Source of the DNA: Octopus vulgaris
Lineage: Eukaryota
Direction of reading: 5' to 3'
Assembly: GCA_951406725.2 (NCBI GenBank)
Contig: OX597814.1
Location: 150,474,001 to 150,538,000, forward strand
Length of the DNA stretch: 64,000 nucleotides
Every line of letters starts with the position of its first letter. Within the stretch, counting starts at the first letter, position 1. Positions 26,818 through 37,849 of the stretch are shown piece by piece. A program made the position numbers and the translations under genes. The notes under the pieces were generated by a model. The model searched no databases and was not told where the DNA came from. It saw only the letters and a program-made list of their open reading frames with translations.

Positions 26818-26869
26818 AGCTTCTACAGGACTAGAACAGTTTCATTCAAGAGAAATCATCAGGAAGCTA
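26818..26869 (-). ncRNA. Type I hammerhead ribozyme (left arm)
   Basis: The minus strand reads agcttc-CTGATGA-t-ttc(tctt)gaa-t-GAAA-ctg(ttctagtc)ctg-TA-gaagct, with one mismatch in stem III. Confidence 0.72.
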
Positions 26870-27054
26870 GTTAACAAGAATTGTATTGGCATTTATACAT
26901 TTAGGCAGGTTTAAAGGGGTGTTGGTGGGGGACTTTTTGGGGGTAGGCATAGCGCAAAATATCATACTTGGGGGAGTGGTCAAGGAGTCAGTGTTAAATT
27001 AGATAAAAGAATAAATAAAAAATTAAAAAATGTATATATATATATATATGTATG

Positions 27055-27125
<71 letters not shown>

Positions 27126-27396
27126 GTGTATATATGTATATATATATATACATATATGTATGTGTGTGTGTATATGTGTATTATGTGTGTATATGTTTAT
27201 ATATATGTATATGTATATGTATATGTATGTGTGTGTGTATATGTATATATGTGTATATATATGAGTGTACGCGAGTATGTCGATGTATATGTAGGTATGT
27301 AGAGTTATGTGTATGTGCAGGTATGTGAGTGTAGATACAAATTGTAGATGTGTATATATATGTATGTGTATATATGCATGTATATAGGTATATGTA

Positions 27397-27453
<57 letters not shown>

Positions 27454-27544
27454 GCGAGTATGTAGAGATATAAGTATGTGCATGTGTATATATATGTGTG
27501 TATATATATGTATGGGTATGTGTTTGTGTATGTATGTATGTATG

Positions 27545-27577
<33 letters not shown>

Positions 27578-27728
27578 ATGTATGCATATACGTATGTATG
27601 TATGTATGTACATGTGTATGTATATATGTGTGTAAGTGTGTGTATATATGTAAATGTAAGTGTGTGTGCTTGTATGAGAATGTATGTATGTTTGCACACA
27701 TGTATATATGTGTGTGTATGTGTATGTG

Positions 27729-27775
<47 letters not shown>

Positions 27776-27983
27776 GTATATATATATATGTATATATATA
27801 TGTGTATGTATATATATGTGTATGTGTGTGTGTGTGTATACATGTGTGTTGTGTATGTATGTATGTATATATATGCGTGTGTATGTGTATGTGTATATGT
27901 ACATATACGCGTACGCTCGTGTGTTTATGTATATGTAGGTACGTAGAGTTATCTATGTGTGTATTTATATGTACATGTGTAAG

Positions 27984-28024
<41 letters not shown>

Positions 28025-28083
28025 GTGTGTGTGTATATATATGTATGTATGTATGTGTGTGTGTGTATATGTGTGTGTATATA

Positions 28084-28150
<67 letters not shown>

Positions 28151-28773
28151 CTATGTGTGTAAGTTTATATGTATGTATCCGTCTATATAATAGGTAACTG
28201 CACGTACATATACTTAATATTTATTATTTATTATTTATTATTTTTTGAGTATGCATGTAAGTATGAATATAAGGAGGCGCGTGTGTGTGTGTGTATGTGT
28301 AAGCATAGATATATGTATACTTTTACGCATGGGTGTACTTATGTGTATATATGGACGCGCGCATGTGTGTGTGTGTGTATAGGTACGCATGTACATGTGT
28401 ATGTGCGTGTATGAGTATATGAGTATGTATGTATGTGTGTGCGTATATTTGTATATGTATGTATGTATATGTATGTGTGTATGAATATATATGTATATAT
28501 GTATATATGTATATGTATATATATCTATATATATATAGATATATATATGCGCGTATATATATGTATGTATGTGGGTGTGTATGTGTATAAATGTATGTAT
28601 GTATGGATGTATGGATGTATGTATGTATGTATACGTATGTATGTGTATGTGTGTATATGTATGTATGTGTATGTGTGTATATATGTGTGTATATGTGTAT
28701 ATGTGTGTATGTATGTATGTGTATGTATATATGTGTATATATATGTGAATATATATATATATGTATATATATG

Positions 28774-28804
<31 letters not shown>

Positions 28805-29217
28805 ATTTGTATGTAGGTGTACGTGTATGTGTGTGTATTTATATTTATTGGTGTATATGTATAGACTAGCCTTCTAAGAGTGTAGACATGAATCTGTAGG
28901 TACGCGTACGTATGTGTATATACGTGAATGTATGTAGATGTATGTATGTATGAATATAACGCGTGCGTGCGTGTATGTGTATGAGTGTACGAATGAGTGA
29001 GTGTACGTGCTAAAGAGTGTGCGTGAGTGAATGAGTGCTTGTTTTCCAGTAGACAGATAAATGGACTGGCTGTCATAGCCAAGATGTTTGTGACCAAGCG
29101 GCCAAAGATAACAAAAGTAATAAACGAAGATAATAAAATTAAAATTAGGGGATGGGTCTGTATTTGTATGTGTATATATATATGTGTGTATGTGTAGGTA
29201 TGCATAGGTACACATAT

Positions 29218-29249
<32 letters not shown>

Positions 29250-29845
29250 ATGTATATGTATATGTGTGTGTATATATGTGTGTATGTGTATATATGTGTA
29301 TATAGGGACTAGTGTGCTGCTGTGTGTGCATGTGTGTGTGTGGATTTGTGTGTGTATGCGTGTATGTGAGTATGTGTGTGTATGTGTATATATATTTTTC
29401 TGTGTGTATATGTATGTGTGGTCGTGTGTGTGTATATATACATGTGTGTATACGTGTATGCATGTGAGTGTGTGTATGTATACATATATGTGTATGTGTA
29501 GATATGTATATGTATGTGTAAGTGTATATATATGTATATATATATTTGTGTGTATGTATATGTATATATGTTTGTATGCGTGTGTATATATGTATACATA
29601 TGTGCATAGGTATAAGTGAGAATCTCCTTATTTACCTAAAACTCTATTCCCCCCTTTTTTTATATATATATATATATATTTTTATTTTTTTATTTTTTAT
29701 TTATTCTTCTATCTAATTTAACACTGACTCCTTGACCACTCCCCCAAGTATGATATTTTGCGCTATGCCTACCCCCAAAAAGTCCCCCACCAACACCCCT
29801 TTAAACTTGCCTAAATGTATAAATGCCAATACAATTCTTGTTAAC

Positions 29846-29898
29846 TAGCTTCCTGAAGATTTCTCTTGAATGAAACAGTTCTAGTCCTGTAGAAGCTA
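29846..29898 (+). ncRNA. Type I hammerhead ribozyme (right arm)
   Basis: Reads tagcttc-CTGAAGA-t-ttc(tctt)gaa-t-GAAA-cag(ttctagtc)ctg-TA-gaagcta. Stem I is 7 bp, stem III is 4 bp, and cleavage is predicted after 29891. Confidence 0.82.
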
Positions 29899-29908
29899 CT
29901 TCTATATA

Positions 29909-29986
<78 letters not shown>

Positions 29987-29988
<2 letters not shown>

Positions 29989-31207
29989 TCTGATAATGAA
30001 GTCGACGTTCTTATCAACACATGGCATGGCCTTACCGAAACAGAGAGCATAGGTGCTTCGTGTCTGAACGAAATTGCTAAACGAACAGTTCACCATTTGC
30101 AAACTCGATCTGAACAGCAGATCCAAAATAAATTAAAACAAATCGAAGTTGCTTTTAAATTAATAAATAAACACTTCGATAAACTGAGATGTGTTTTCTC
30201 TTCGAACGCATCACCGGCGCAACAACAACAACAACAACCTCAGCGGCAACAACAACAACAACAGCTACAGCAACAACAACAACAGCTACAGCAACAACAA
30301 CAACTTCAGCAGCAACAACCTCAGAGGCAACAACAACAACCTCAACAACAACAACAACCTCAACAACAACAACAGGATGAACCACTCCTTGATTCATCTA
30401 CAATGGCCGATTTGCTAAATGAAACGATTGACCCCCCCAGTCATCAGGGTCACACAGCAGGAAGCACCACCCCTTCCTTTCACTGCCCCAGCAGCTCAAT
30501 CATCATCATTGTCAACACCATCTCCTCTGCTTACTACTACTAGTACTACTCCCACTATATATCGACAAACATCTTTGTCTTGGAATCGACCTCCTCAATC
30601 ATTACCACTGTCAACATCTCTTCTACCTACTACTACTACTACTACAGCTACTACTACTAATGCTATCTCAAGGAATTTACCTCCTACAGGTCACAAAGGT
30701 CGCCAAAACTTCAACAAACTATCATCTACACCTTTCACAGCTCACACACACACACGCACCTACACACCCACTCGAAACCCCATCATTTGCCGATATTCTC
30801 TTCGCCATAGACTGTGCACTGATAGAGACTGCAAATTCACCCATTTACCTGGAACAAAACGCTCTATCCCCACAAACTACAACAGCAACCACCATAATAC
30901 AACATCACCACAACCACCAATATCTCAAACAAGGAATCCCCAAATCTGCCGCTATTCCCAGCGAGACAGATTGTGTTTGCACAGGGATTGCCCCTTTACC
31001 CATCTCCCGGGGACTCGTCGGACATTTAAAGATAACCACTCACATAAAAATAGCCGCGGCCACAGTCACCTGCGGTTCCCTAGACAGGAAACCACCTCTT
31101 CTTCCTCTTTTTTAGCTATAATGAATCTAGCAAAAGAACTGGAAAAAAACATCCGAGCTATCACCCACCGCCATCCACCATTATTACCCCACTACACATG
31201 CCATTAA
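29987..31207 (+). CDS. LINE ORF1 (partial, one frameshift) with polyQ, a Pro/Thr-rich linker and two CCCH-type zinc fingers
   Basis: The frame is open from the (TA)n junction (SDNEVDVLINTW...). Removing one C from the C7 run at 30432-30438 joins it to the 30419-31207 frame, which contains ICRYSLRHRLCTDRDCKFTHL and ICRYSQRDRLCLHRDCPFTHL. Confidence 0.75.
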
Positions 31208-34200
31208 AAAGCAATCAAATAAACAAATCACCAAAACAATTAAAACCATCCACTCTCGCCTCAACATTTCTGCTTAATGCCCAAGGCATCAGCCCTTCCA
31301 CCAATACACAAAAATGGAAGATAAGATTCCTGGAGGACTGGGTCGAGGCCCATCCAAACCACATCCCTTTCTTCGTCCTCACTGAAACCCATCTTAGTGA
31401 CCTCCACTTGGAAGCCGAGGTGAAAGTTAAAAATTTCAAAACCATTCGTGCTGATCGTGTTGGCAGAAGAAAGGGTGGGACTGCCATTTATGTCCATGAT
31501 TCATTCTCAACAGAAGCCATGAACATATTTTCGAATGGATACTGCGAAGCAGTCGCTGTATTCAGTCAAACCAACAACTTAACAGTAGTTGGGCTCTACA
31601 GACCACCCCAAACGCCCCTACCATGCTTCAAGGAATGCCTCAACAGCATAAAGTGTTTCATTCAGCAGTGTCAACCTGACAACATTTTAATGATGGGAGA
31701 TTTCAACCTTCCCGGGGTTGACTGGTCTACAAACAGTCTGCCGCCAGGTTCTTCTCTCTCAACCCCTGACAGGGAGGCAGTGGAATCGCTTCTTGACTTC
31801 ATGGATGACTTCTTCTTGTCCCAACTGGTACTCGAACCAACGAGATGTCACAAAAACGTCTTAGACTTAATTTTCAGCAATCACACTGATACTATCCACA
31901 ATATTGCAGTGGAGAAAACCCTACTCTCCGACCATGACATGGTTCTCTGTGATCTGAGATTTCACTGGCCAAAATGCAAAACAAATGTCATCCCTCCTGT
32001 TCATCCATTTGACACTATGGATTTCCACAATGCAAACTGGGAAGCGATCAATAATGATCTTGCACAAGTCGATTGGTCCTTCACGCACACATACACACCC
32101 ACTAACATCAAAAAGTCCTGGCAGTCACTTGTAGACACCATCACGAACATATGTGCAAGACACACCCCATTAAGATCTGCAAACAAATCTAAGTGTCGAA
32201 TCCCTAGAAATAGAAAATCTCTCATAAGGAAAATTAAAAGAATCAACAAAAAGATCAACATGCCGAAATACTGTCAACAGCAACACACCAACCTGACTGC
32301 CATCTCGTCGCTAGAGATTAAAAAACATAAACTCCAAAACAACATGATGTCTATCATCAATAGTCAGCGAAGAGCTGAAGAGGCCTGGGCCATTGAGAAG
32401 ATCAAACTCAATCCCAAAGTGTTCTTTTCATTTGCAAAAAAACACAGAGTCACTGGTTCTACTGTTGGCCCTCTGATTGATGAAAATGGTATTCTTCAAG
32501 ACAATGCCAAAACCATGGGAGAAATATTGCAGAAACAATATTGCTCTGTTTTCAGCAATCCTGATATGACTGATCTGGGCTGTATCAGTGATGTTACTCC
32601 CCAATACACTTTATCGGACATAACATTTGGCGCTCCTGATGTCTTAGCAGCAATAAAGGAAATGAAGCATAATTCAGCAGTAGGTCCCGATAGGTTCCCT
32701 GCTTGTGTCTTGAAGATGTGTCAAAACCAACTTGCACCCCCTCTAGCCAATCTGTGGCGGAACTCATTGGATGCTGGATATATACCAGAAGACCTTCTAT
32801 CCCAGTCTGTTGTCCCAGTTTTCAAAAAAGGAAACAAATCGCTTGCCGTGAATTACCGTCCAATCTCATTCACCTCTCATATCATCAAGGTATTTGAGAG
32901 GGTGCTGAGATCGCGTATGACTCACTTCCTTGAGAGTCATAATATGCTGAACCCCAACCAGCATGGATTCCGTAATGGGAGAGATTGCCTGACGCAGCTA
33001 CTGCATCATTTTGATGACATTTTGAGAGCCTTGGGAGAGGGTTCCAACACTGATGTCATCTACCTTGATTTCAGCAAGGCCTTTGACAGGGTTGATCATA
33101 AGATCCTTCTGAGAAAGCTGTCCAATATTGGTGTCACTGGAAAGCTGCTGCAATGGATCAAGTGCTTCCTCTCTAACAGAACCCAACATGTTGTAGTCGA
33201 AGGAGTCAAATCCAGCCCAGCCAAAGTCAGCAGTGGTGTCCCACAAGGCACTGTGTTGGGCCCACTTCTCTTCATCATCTACATAAATGATATTACTGAC
33301 ACCATCAAACACAGCAACATCAGAACCTTCGCTGATGATTCCAAGCTCCAGAAGGTCATCAATGGCGTGGATGACCGAATAAACCTTCAGTCAGACCTAC
33401 TGGCTGTTGTCCAATGGGCGGAAAAGAATAACATGTTGCTAAATGAAGACAAATTCGAACTGATCCACTTTGGAAGAGAGGACGCTCTGAAACTCCCATA
33501 CTCTCTTCCTTCTGGAGAAATTCTCATGGCATCCAACAACATCAGAGACCTGGGAGTAACAGTGGACAACAACATAAGCTGGGCTACACATATAAGCAGC
33601 AAAGTTGACATGGCCCGCAGAATGTGTTCCTGGATTCTCAGAACCTTCCAGTCGAGAGATTCCCACGCTATTATCCTTCTCTTCTCCACTTTTGCCCGAC
33701 CCCACCTTGAATACTGCTGTCCACTGTGGTCTCCCTACACAAAACAAAATATTATGAGAATTGAAGCTCCCCAAAGGTCAATCACAAAAAAGATAGATGG
33801 CATGTCAGACCTTGACTACTGGGGTAGACTAGAGAAGCTGAAATTGTATTCACTCCAACGACGCCGTGAACGCTACATTATCTGTATGATGTGGAAAATA
33901 TTCCATCAGCACTGTCCGAATGATGTTGGCATCACCTTCAAAATGCATCCAAGGCTTGGACCACGTGCCATCCGTCCACAACAAAAATCTAAATCGCATC
34001 ACATAACGACAATACGGCACAACTATTTCACCTCAATTGGACCCGCTCTCTTCAACATTACACCAGGACACGTCAAAAAAGAAACTGACCACACAAAATT
34101 CAAGAAGTCTTTGGACAAATTCCTTCAAACAGTACCGGACAAACCATCCACACCCGGATATGTCTCCGCAAACAATAACTCTCTGCTCGAATGGGCCTTG

Positions 34201-34215
34201 GTGCCCAAATCCTGA
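31198..34215 (+). CDS. LINE ORF2: AP endonuclease plus reverse transcriptase, intact, 1005 aa
   Basis: APE motifs are LTETHL, YRPP, MGDFNLP, LDLIF and SDHDMV. RT motifs are NYRPIS, QHGFR, YLDFSKAFD, GVPQGTVLGP and FADD. Confidence 0.97.
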   Translation: MPLKSNQINKSPKQLKPSTLASTFLLNAQGISPSTNTQKWKIRFLEDWVEAHPNHIPFFVLTETHLSDLHLEAEVKVKNFKTIRADRVGRRKGGTAIYVHDSFSTEAMNIFSNGYCEAVAVFSQTNNLTVVGLYRPPQTPLPCFKECLNSIKCFIQQCQPDNILMMGDFNLPGVDWSTNSLPPGSSLSTPDREAVESLLDFMDDFFLSQLVLEPTRCHKNVLDLIFSNHTDTIHNIAVEKTLLSDHDMVLCDLRFHWPKCKTNVIPPVHPFDTMDFHNANWEAINNDLAQVDWSFTHTYTPTNIKKSWQSLVDTITNICARHTPLRSANKSKCRIPRNRKSLIRKIKRINKKINMPKYCQQQHTNLTAISSLEIKKHKLQNNMMSIINSQRRAEEAWAIEKIKLNPKVFFSFAKKHRVTGSTVGPLIDENGILQDNAKTMGEILQKQYCSVFSNPDMTDLGCISDVTPQYTLSDITFGAPDVLAAIKEMKHNSAVGPDRFPACVLKMCQNQLAPPLANLWRNSLDAGYIPEDLLSQSVVPVFKKGNKSLAVNYRPISFTSHIIKVFERVLRSRMTHFLESHNMLNPNQHGFRNGRDCLTQLLHHFDDILRALGEGSNTDVIYLDFSKAFDRVDHKILLRKLSNIGVTGKLLQWIKCFLSNRTQHVVVEGVKSSPAKVSSGVPQGTVLGPLLFIIYINDITDTIKHSNIRTFADDSKLQKVINGVDDRINLQSDLLAVVQWAEKNNMLLNEDKFELIHFGREDALKLPYSLPSGEILMASNNIRDLGVTVDNNISWATHISSKVDMARRMCSWILRTFQSRDSHAIILLFSTFARPHLEYCCPLWSPYTKQNIMRIEAPQRSITKKIDGMSDLDYWGRLEKLKLYSLQRRRERYIICMMWKIFHQHCPNDVGITFKMHPRLGPRAIRPQQKSKSHHITTIRHNYFTSIGPALFNITPGHVKKETDHTKFKKSLDKFLQTVPDKPSTPGYVSANNNSLLEWALVPKS

Positions 34216-34290
34216 ACTGAAAGACTTCGCCAGGTGGTGCTATTAAGTTAGACATGGCCTGGGCCAATACTGGCCAAAAACCTTTCTAAG

Positions 34291-34329
<39 letters not shown>

Positions 34330-34695
34330 AAAAAAGGAGATGTCGAACACGAGTGGTGATATATAAAAAAGGAAATGAAGAAAATGCTGACAAATAATTG
34401 AAGTAATTTAAGTAATTTAATTAGGTGAAAGTTCTTTTTACCGGTTGCGCATTTGTTATGCTTATCAAAATATAAAAGAGAGATTAGAGTCTGTCTCTTA
34501 TATGTGAAAAAAAGAGGCTCCAGAGTTGTTTGGGATTTGCTTGGTTTTGCGCCTAAAATTTTGATTGGTCATTATGAAGGGGTCACGTGAATGTTTGAAT
34601 GGAAGTTGGTGTTGGGGTAAGAAAAAAGGCTCCAGAGAAGTTAAAATTTGGCTAGTGTCCCGCCTAAAATTTCTTATTGGCCATAATAAAGAGTA

Positions 34696-35130
34696 CTGCC
34701 AACCACAACAACTAAACCCACAGTAAACAAATGCAATAGACCCAACTGTGGTATATGCATCAACCTAATAGAAGGTCCGGAATTCCTTTTTAAACAAGGA
34801 CAACGTTTCACAGTAAAACACAACTTCACATGCGCATCAGAAAACCTAGTATATGTCTTAACTTGCTCGGGCTGTAATGAACACTACATAGGCCAAACAA
34901 AAAATAGCCTCCGCCAACACATGACTGTCCACAGATCCCAAATGAAAATACAGGAATATAGAAAAATAGCATTTAGTGCACATATTGATACCTGTGCCGC
35001 ACAACTCCATCCCAATTTTAGAATCTTTCCCCTCTACAAATTTAAAGACAATGCCACTCATACCCAGCGAATAACCATGGAATCCCACCTTATTAATAAA
35101 TACAGACCACTTCTAAACACATGCCCCTAA
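34696..35130 (+). CDS. Partial PLE ORF: Cys-rich linker plus GIY-YIG endonuclease (no start codon, truncated)
   Basis: The open frame reads KCNRPNCGIC...FTCASENLVYVLTCSGCNEHYIGQTKNSLRQHMTVH...MESHLINKYRPLLN. The supplied ORF track shows only its last 69 aa. Confidence 0.9.
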   Translation: MPTTTTKPTVNKCNRPNCGICINLIEGPEFLFKQGQRFTVKHNFTCASENLVYVLTCSGCNEHYIGQTKNSLRQHMTVHRSQMKIQEYRKIAFSAHIDTCAAQLHPNFRIFPLYKFKDNATHTQRITMESHLINKYRPLLNTCP

Positions 35131-35604
35131 CACGAACCCACAACAAACACACTTACACCTGCACACACCCTACACACACCTTTACCCAGATATTAACACC
35201 ATGACACACACAAATATATGGTTCCACACATACACATAATTGAATACGGGTGCAAAACATCCAACACTATTTTTTGGAAATGGCTGTAAATATTTAAAAT
35301 ATCCACATGACGTCTACTGACCAGCCTGAACAATAAGAATTTTCAACAACACTATTTTCGAAAATTCTAAACATTCACGTGACCTCTTTATTATGGCCAA
35401 TAAGAAATTTTAGGCGGGACACTAGCCAAATTTTAACTTCTCTGGAGCCTTTTTTCTTACCCCAACACCAACTTCCATTCAAACATTCACGTGACCCCTT
35501 CATAATGACCAATCAAAATTTTAGGCGCGAAACCAAGCAAATCCCAAACAACTCTGGAGCCTCTTTTTTTCACATATAAGAGACAGACTCTAATCTCTCT
35601 TTTA

Positions 35605-35643
35605 TATTTTGATAAGCATAACAAATGCGCAACCGGTAAAAAG
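35605..35643 (+). ncRNA. Variant minimal hammerhead-like motif in the PLE pseudo-LTR
   Basis: Reads TTGATAA-gcat(aacaa)atgc-GCAA-ccgg-TA, with a palindromic ACCGGT stem III. A mirrored copy lies at about 34435-34472. Confidence 0.55.
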
Positions 35644-35709
35644 AACTTTCACCTAATTAAATTACTTAAATTACTTCAATTATTTGTCAGCATTTTCTTC
35701 ATTTCCTTT

Positions 35710-35741
<32 letters not shown>

Positions 35742-36034
35742 AATGCAAATAGGTTTAAAGATGAGGTAACGTAACCTAAAAATGAGTTATCTGGTAATCT
35801 TTGGTCTTATATGTATCCACTATTTCGGGACATACAAGTCCCTTCTTCAGGGTTAAATAGGAACTGTCTTTGGTAAGATGATTTTTGTCGGAGATAAAAT
35901 AATTCTATGATTATATTTGAATTTTCTAGCGTTTCTCTTCTTCGTGAATGTTAGTGACGTCAACTATTGACTTATCGCTCCAGGTAACTTACTTTAAGTT
36001 TACGTCACGTCATCTTTATATATATATATCTATA

Positions 36035-36252
36035 TCGAGCTGGCAGAAACGTTAGCACGCCGGGCGAAATGCGTAGCCGTATTTCGTCTGTCGTTACGTT
36101 CTCAGTTCAAATTCCGCCGAGGTCGGCTTTGCCTTTCATCCTTTCGGGGTCGATTAAGGACCATTTTCCAACTGGGGTCGATGTAATCGACTTAATCCCT
36201 TTGTCTGTCCTTGTTTGTCCCCTCTATGTTTAGGCCTTTGTGGGTAGTGATG

Positions 36253-36255
<3 letters not shown>
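36035..36255 (+). mobile_element. tRNA-derived SINE flanked by TA runs
   Basis: Same family as 15637-15862 and 61209-61438. Confidence 0.9.
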
Positions 36256-36298
<43 letters not shown>

Positions 36299-37849
36299 GG
36301 CTAGCTCCCATACAGATTCATTCTCACGAGTTCCATTGATGACTAATTTCTCAGCTCATTTCTTTTGTAGAAGTATTTTACTCAACTACCAAGGAGGATA
36401 GAACCCGGAATCAGGGGATTTCGAAATGAACCTCTTAATCACACACCCATTGCACGATGCAACTTCTGTTCCTATTTACACCAACATAACATTAATATAT
36501 CATCATTCATTTAGAAAGTTCCGAAGATGACAGATCTATATTTAATTTCGTAAACTTCTGTCTTCACTCTTGCGTGAGAACAATTCACTTAAGGATCTGT
36601 GGTTTTATAATTCTTACGTCCTTCACAATAACGGTAGTTTAACATGTGATATTTTACTCACTCTGATTTAATATATCAAGATGGAATACACAACACAAAA
36701 GTGTTCCAAAAACGTTCAAGATATTGACAAGTGTGAAAAATATTCAGTTTAATTTGGCAGCGCCTTTGCAATGAAAATCTAAAGAAATTAATCTTTCGGC
36801 TTTTCATTAATATTTCAAAATGTTATTGATTCTGGTCGCAAGGCAACGGAAGGTAGAACTGGCAAAACAGTAGATAAAATTCCTTGTAATATATAGTTAC
36901 GTCATCTGCGTTCTGCGTTCAAATCCATACAGAAACCATAAATAACTCCCAGGAATTACAAAATCGACTTCAAAGACTATTCTTCTCTGTCTGCAGAAAA
37001 CGTGCGCAAAATCTGTGTTTGTGTATCTATGTTGTTAATCATTATTACGCTGATACAAGCAACGGAAAGAATTGCTTCAGTGGGGGAAATATCAAGAAAT
37101 AAGAGAAAGAAAAGCTTGATAGAAAACAAAACGAAAAATGAACAAACGAATGCAAAGAAAAACATCTATTTGTAAATAAGGTATTTCGCAAGACACACAA
37201 ATCTAAGGAGCTTCAGCGATAAATCATGATTTATTGATTCCGATAAGAACTTGATGAATATTAAGTTCTATCAAAGAGTAAAGATAAGTATTATGTAAGG
37301 TAATGAATGATGCGTGATTGGATGAGAAGAATTAGCAATGATCTTCATAATCAAATCAGCAAACATAAGAAAACTACATTATGGTAAATAATTACTAACT
37401 CGATCCTCCGATTTTAGTTGCTGTATATCATATATGAGTGGTTACATTTGCGTATGTCTATACAGTACTCTATTGGCCAGCCATTTGGCTTGGTTGTTTT
37501 TTCTTGTTCTTTTTTTTAATATGGGAAGCTGTCTCTAATCCACATATTTTTAATTAAAAGCGTTTTTTTCTGATTATTTTTCATGTTCTTCATACTTAGA
37601 AGAAAAAATTAAACGCGCTATACAGTTTTCTCCTTTTGGAATGGTAATTTATTTTGTATGTGAGACCAGAGGCTAGAGAAAATGAATATTTTCTTCGAAG
37701 TGGGGTCGGAATGAAAGTTGGTTTCAATGGCTTTAGGATATATTTTTAGATGCCAAGCACGAAGGCTTTATTATTACAGATGCTGTTCTTTATGTGAGAA
37801 ATGAACATTGAATTTGAGATACAATAATGTAAACATTCTACTACTAGCT

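Larger units (their letters stand above)
26733..29914. mobile_element. Non-coding element with ~230-bp inverted arms, each carrying a hammerhead, around ~2.6 kb of degenerate TA/TG microsatellite (PLE-like architecture)
   Basis: 26801-~27029 is the near-identical reverse complement of ~29683-29914. The left arm has an extra ~70-bp tail and both outer flanks are (TA)n. Confidence 0.8.
29987..34292 (+). mobile_element. CR1-group LINE, 5'-truncated within ORF1 and embedded in (TA)n
   Basis: It has a two-ORF layout and a short 3' UTR, with (TA)n on both sides (about 29915-29986 and 34293-34326). The clade assignment is approximate. Confidence 0.92.
34330..35712 (+). mobile_element. 5'-truncated Neptune-type Penelope-like element with an inverted pseudo-LTR
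   Basis: About 34365-34693 is the reverse complement of 35384-~35712. The interior encodes a GIY-YIG C-terminus and the flanks are (TA)n. Confidence 0.92.
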
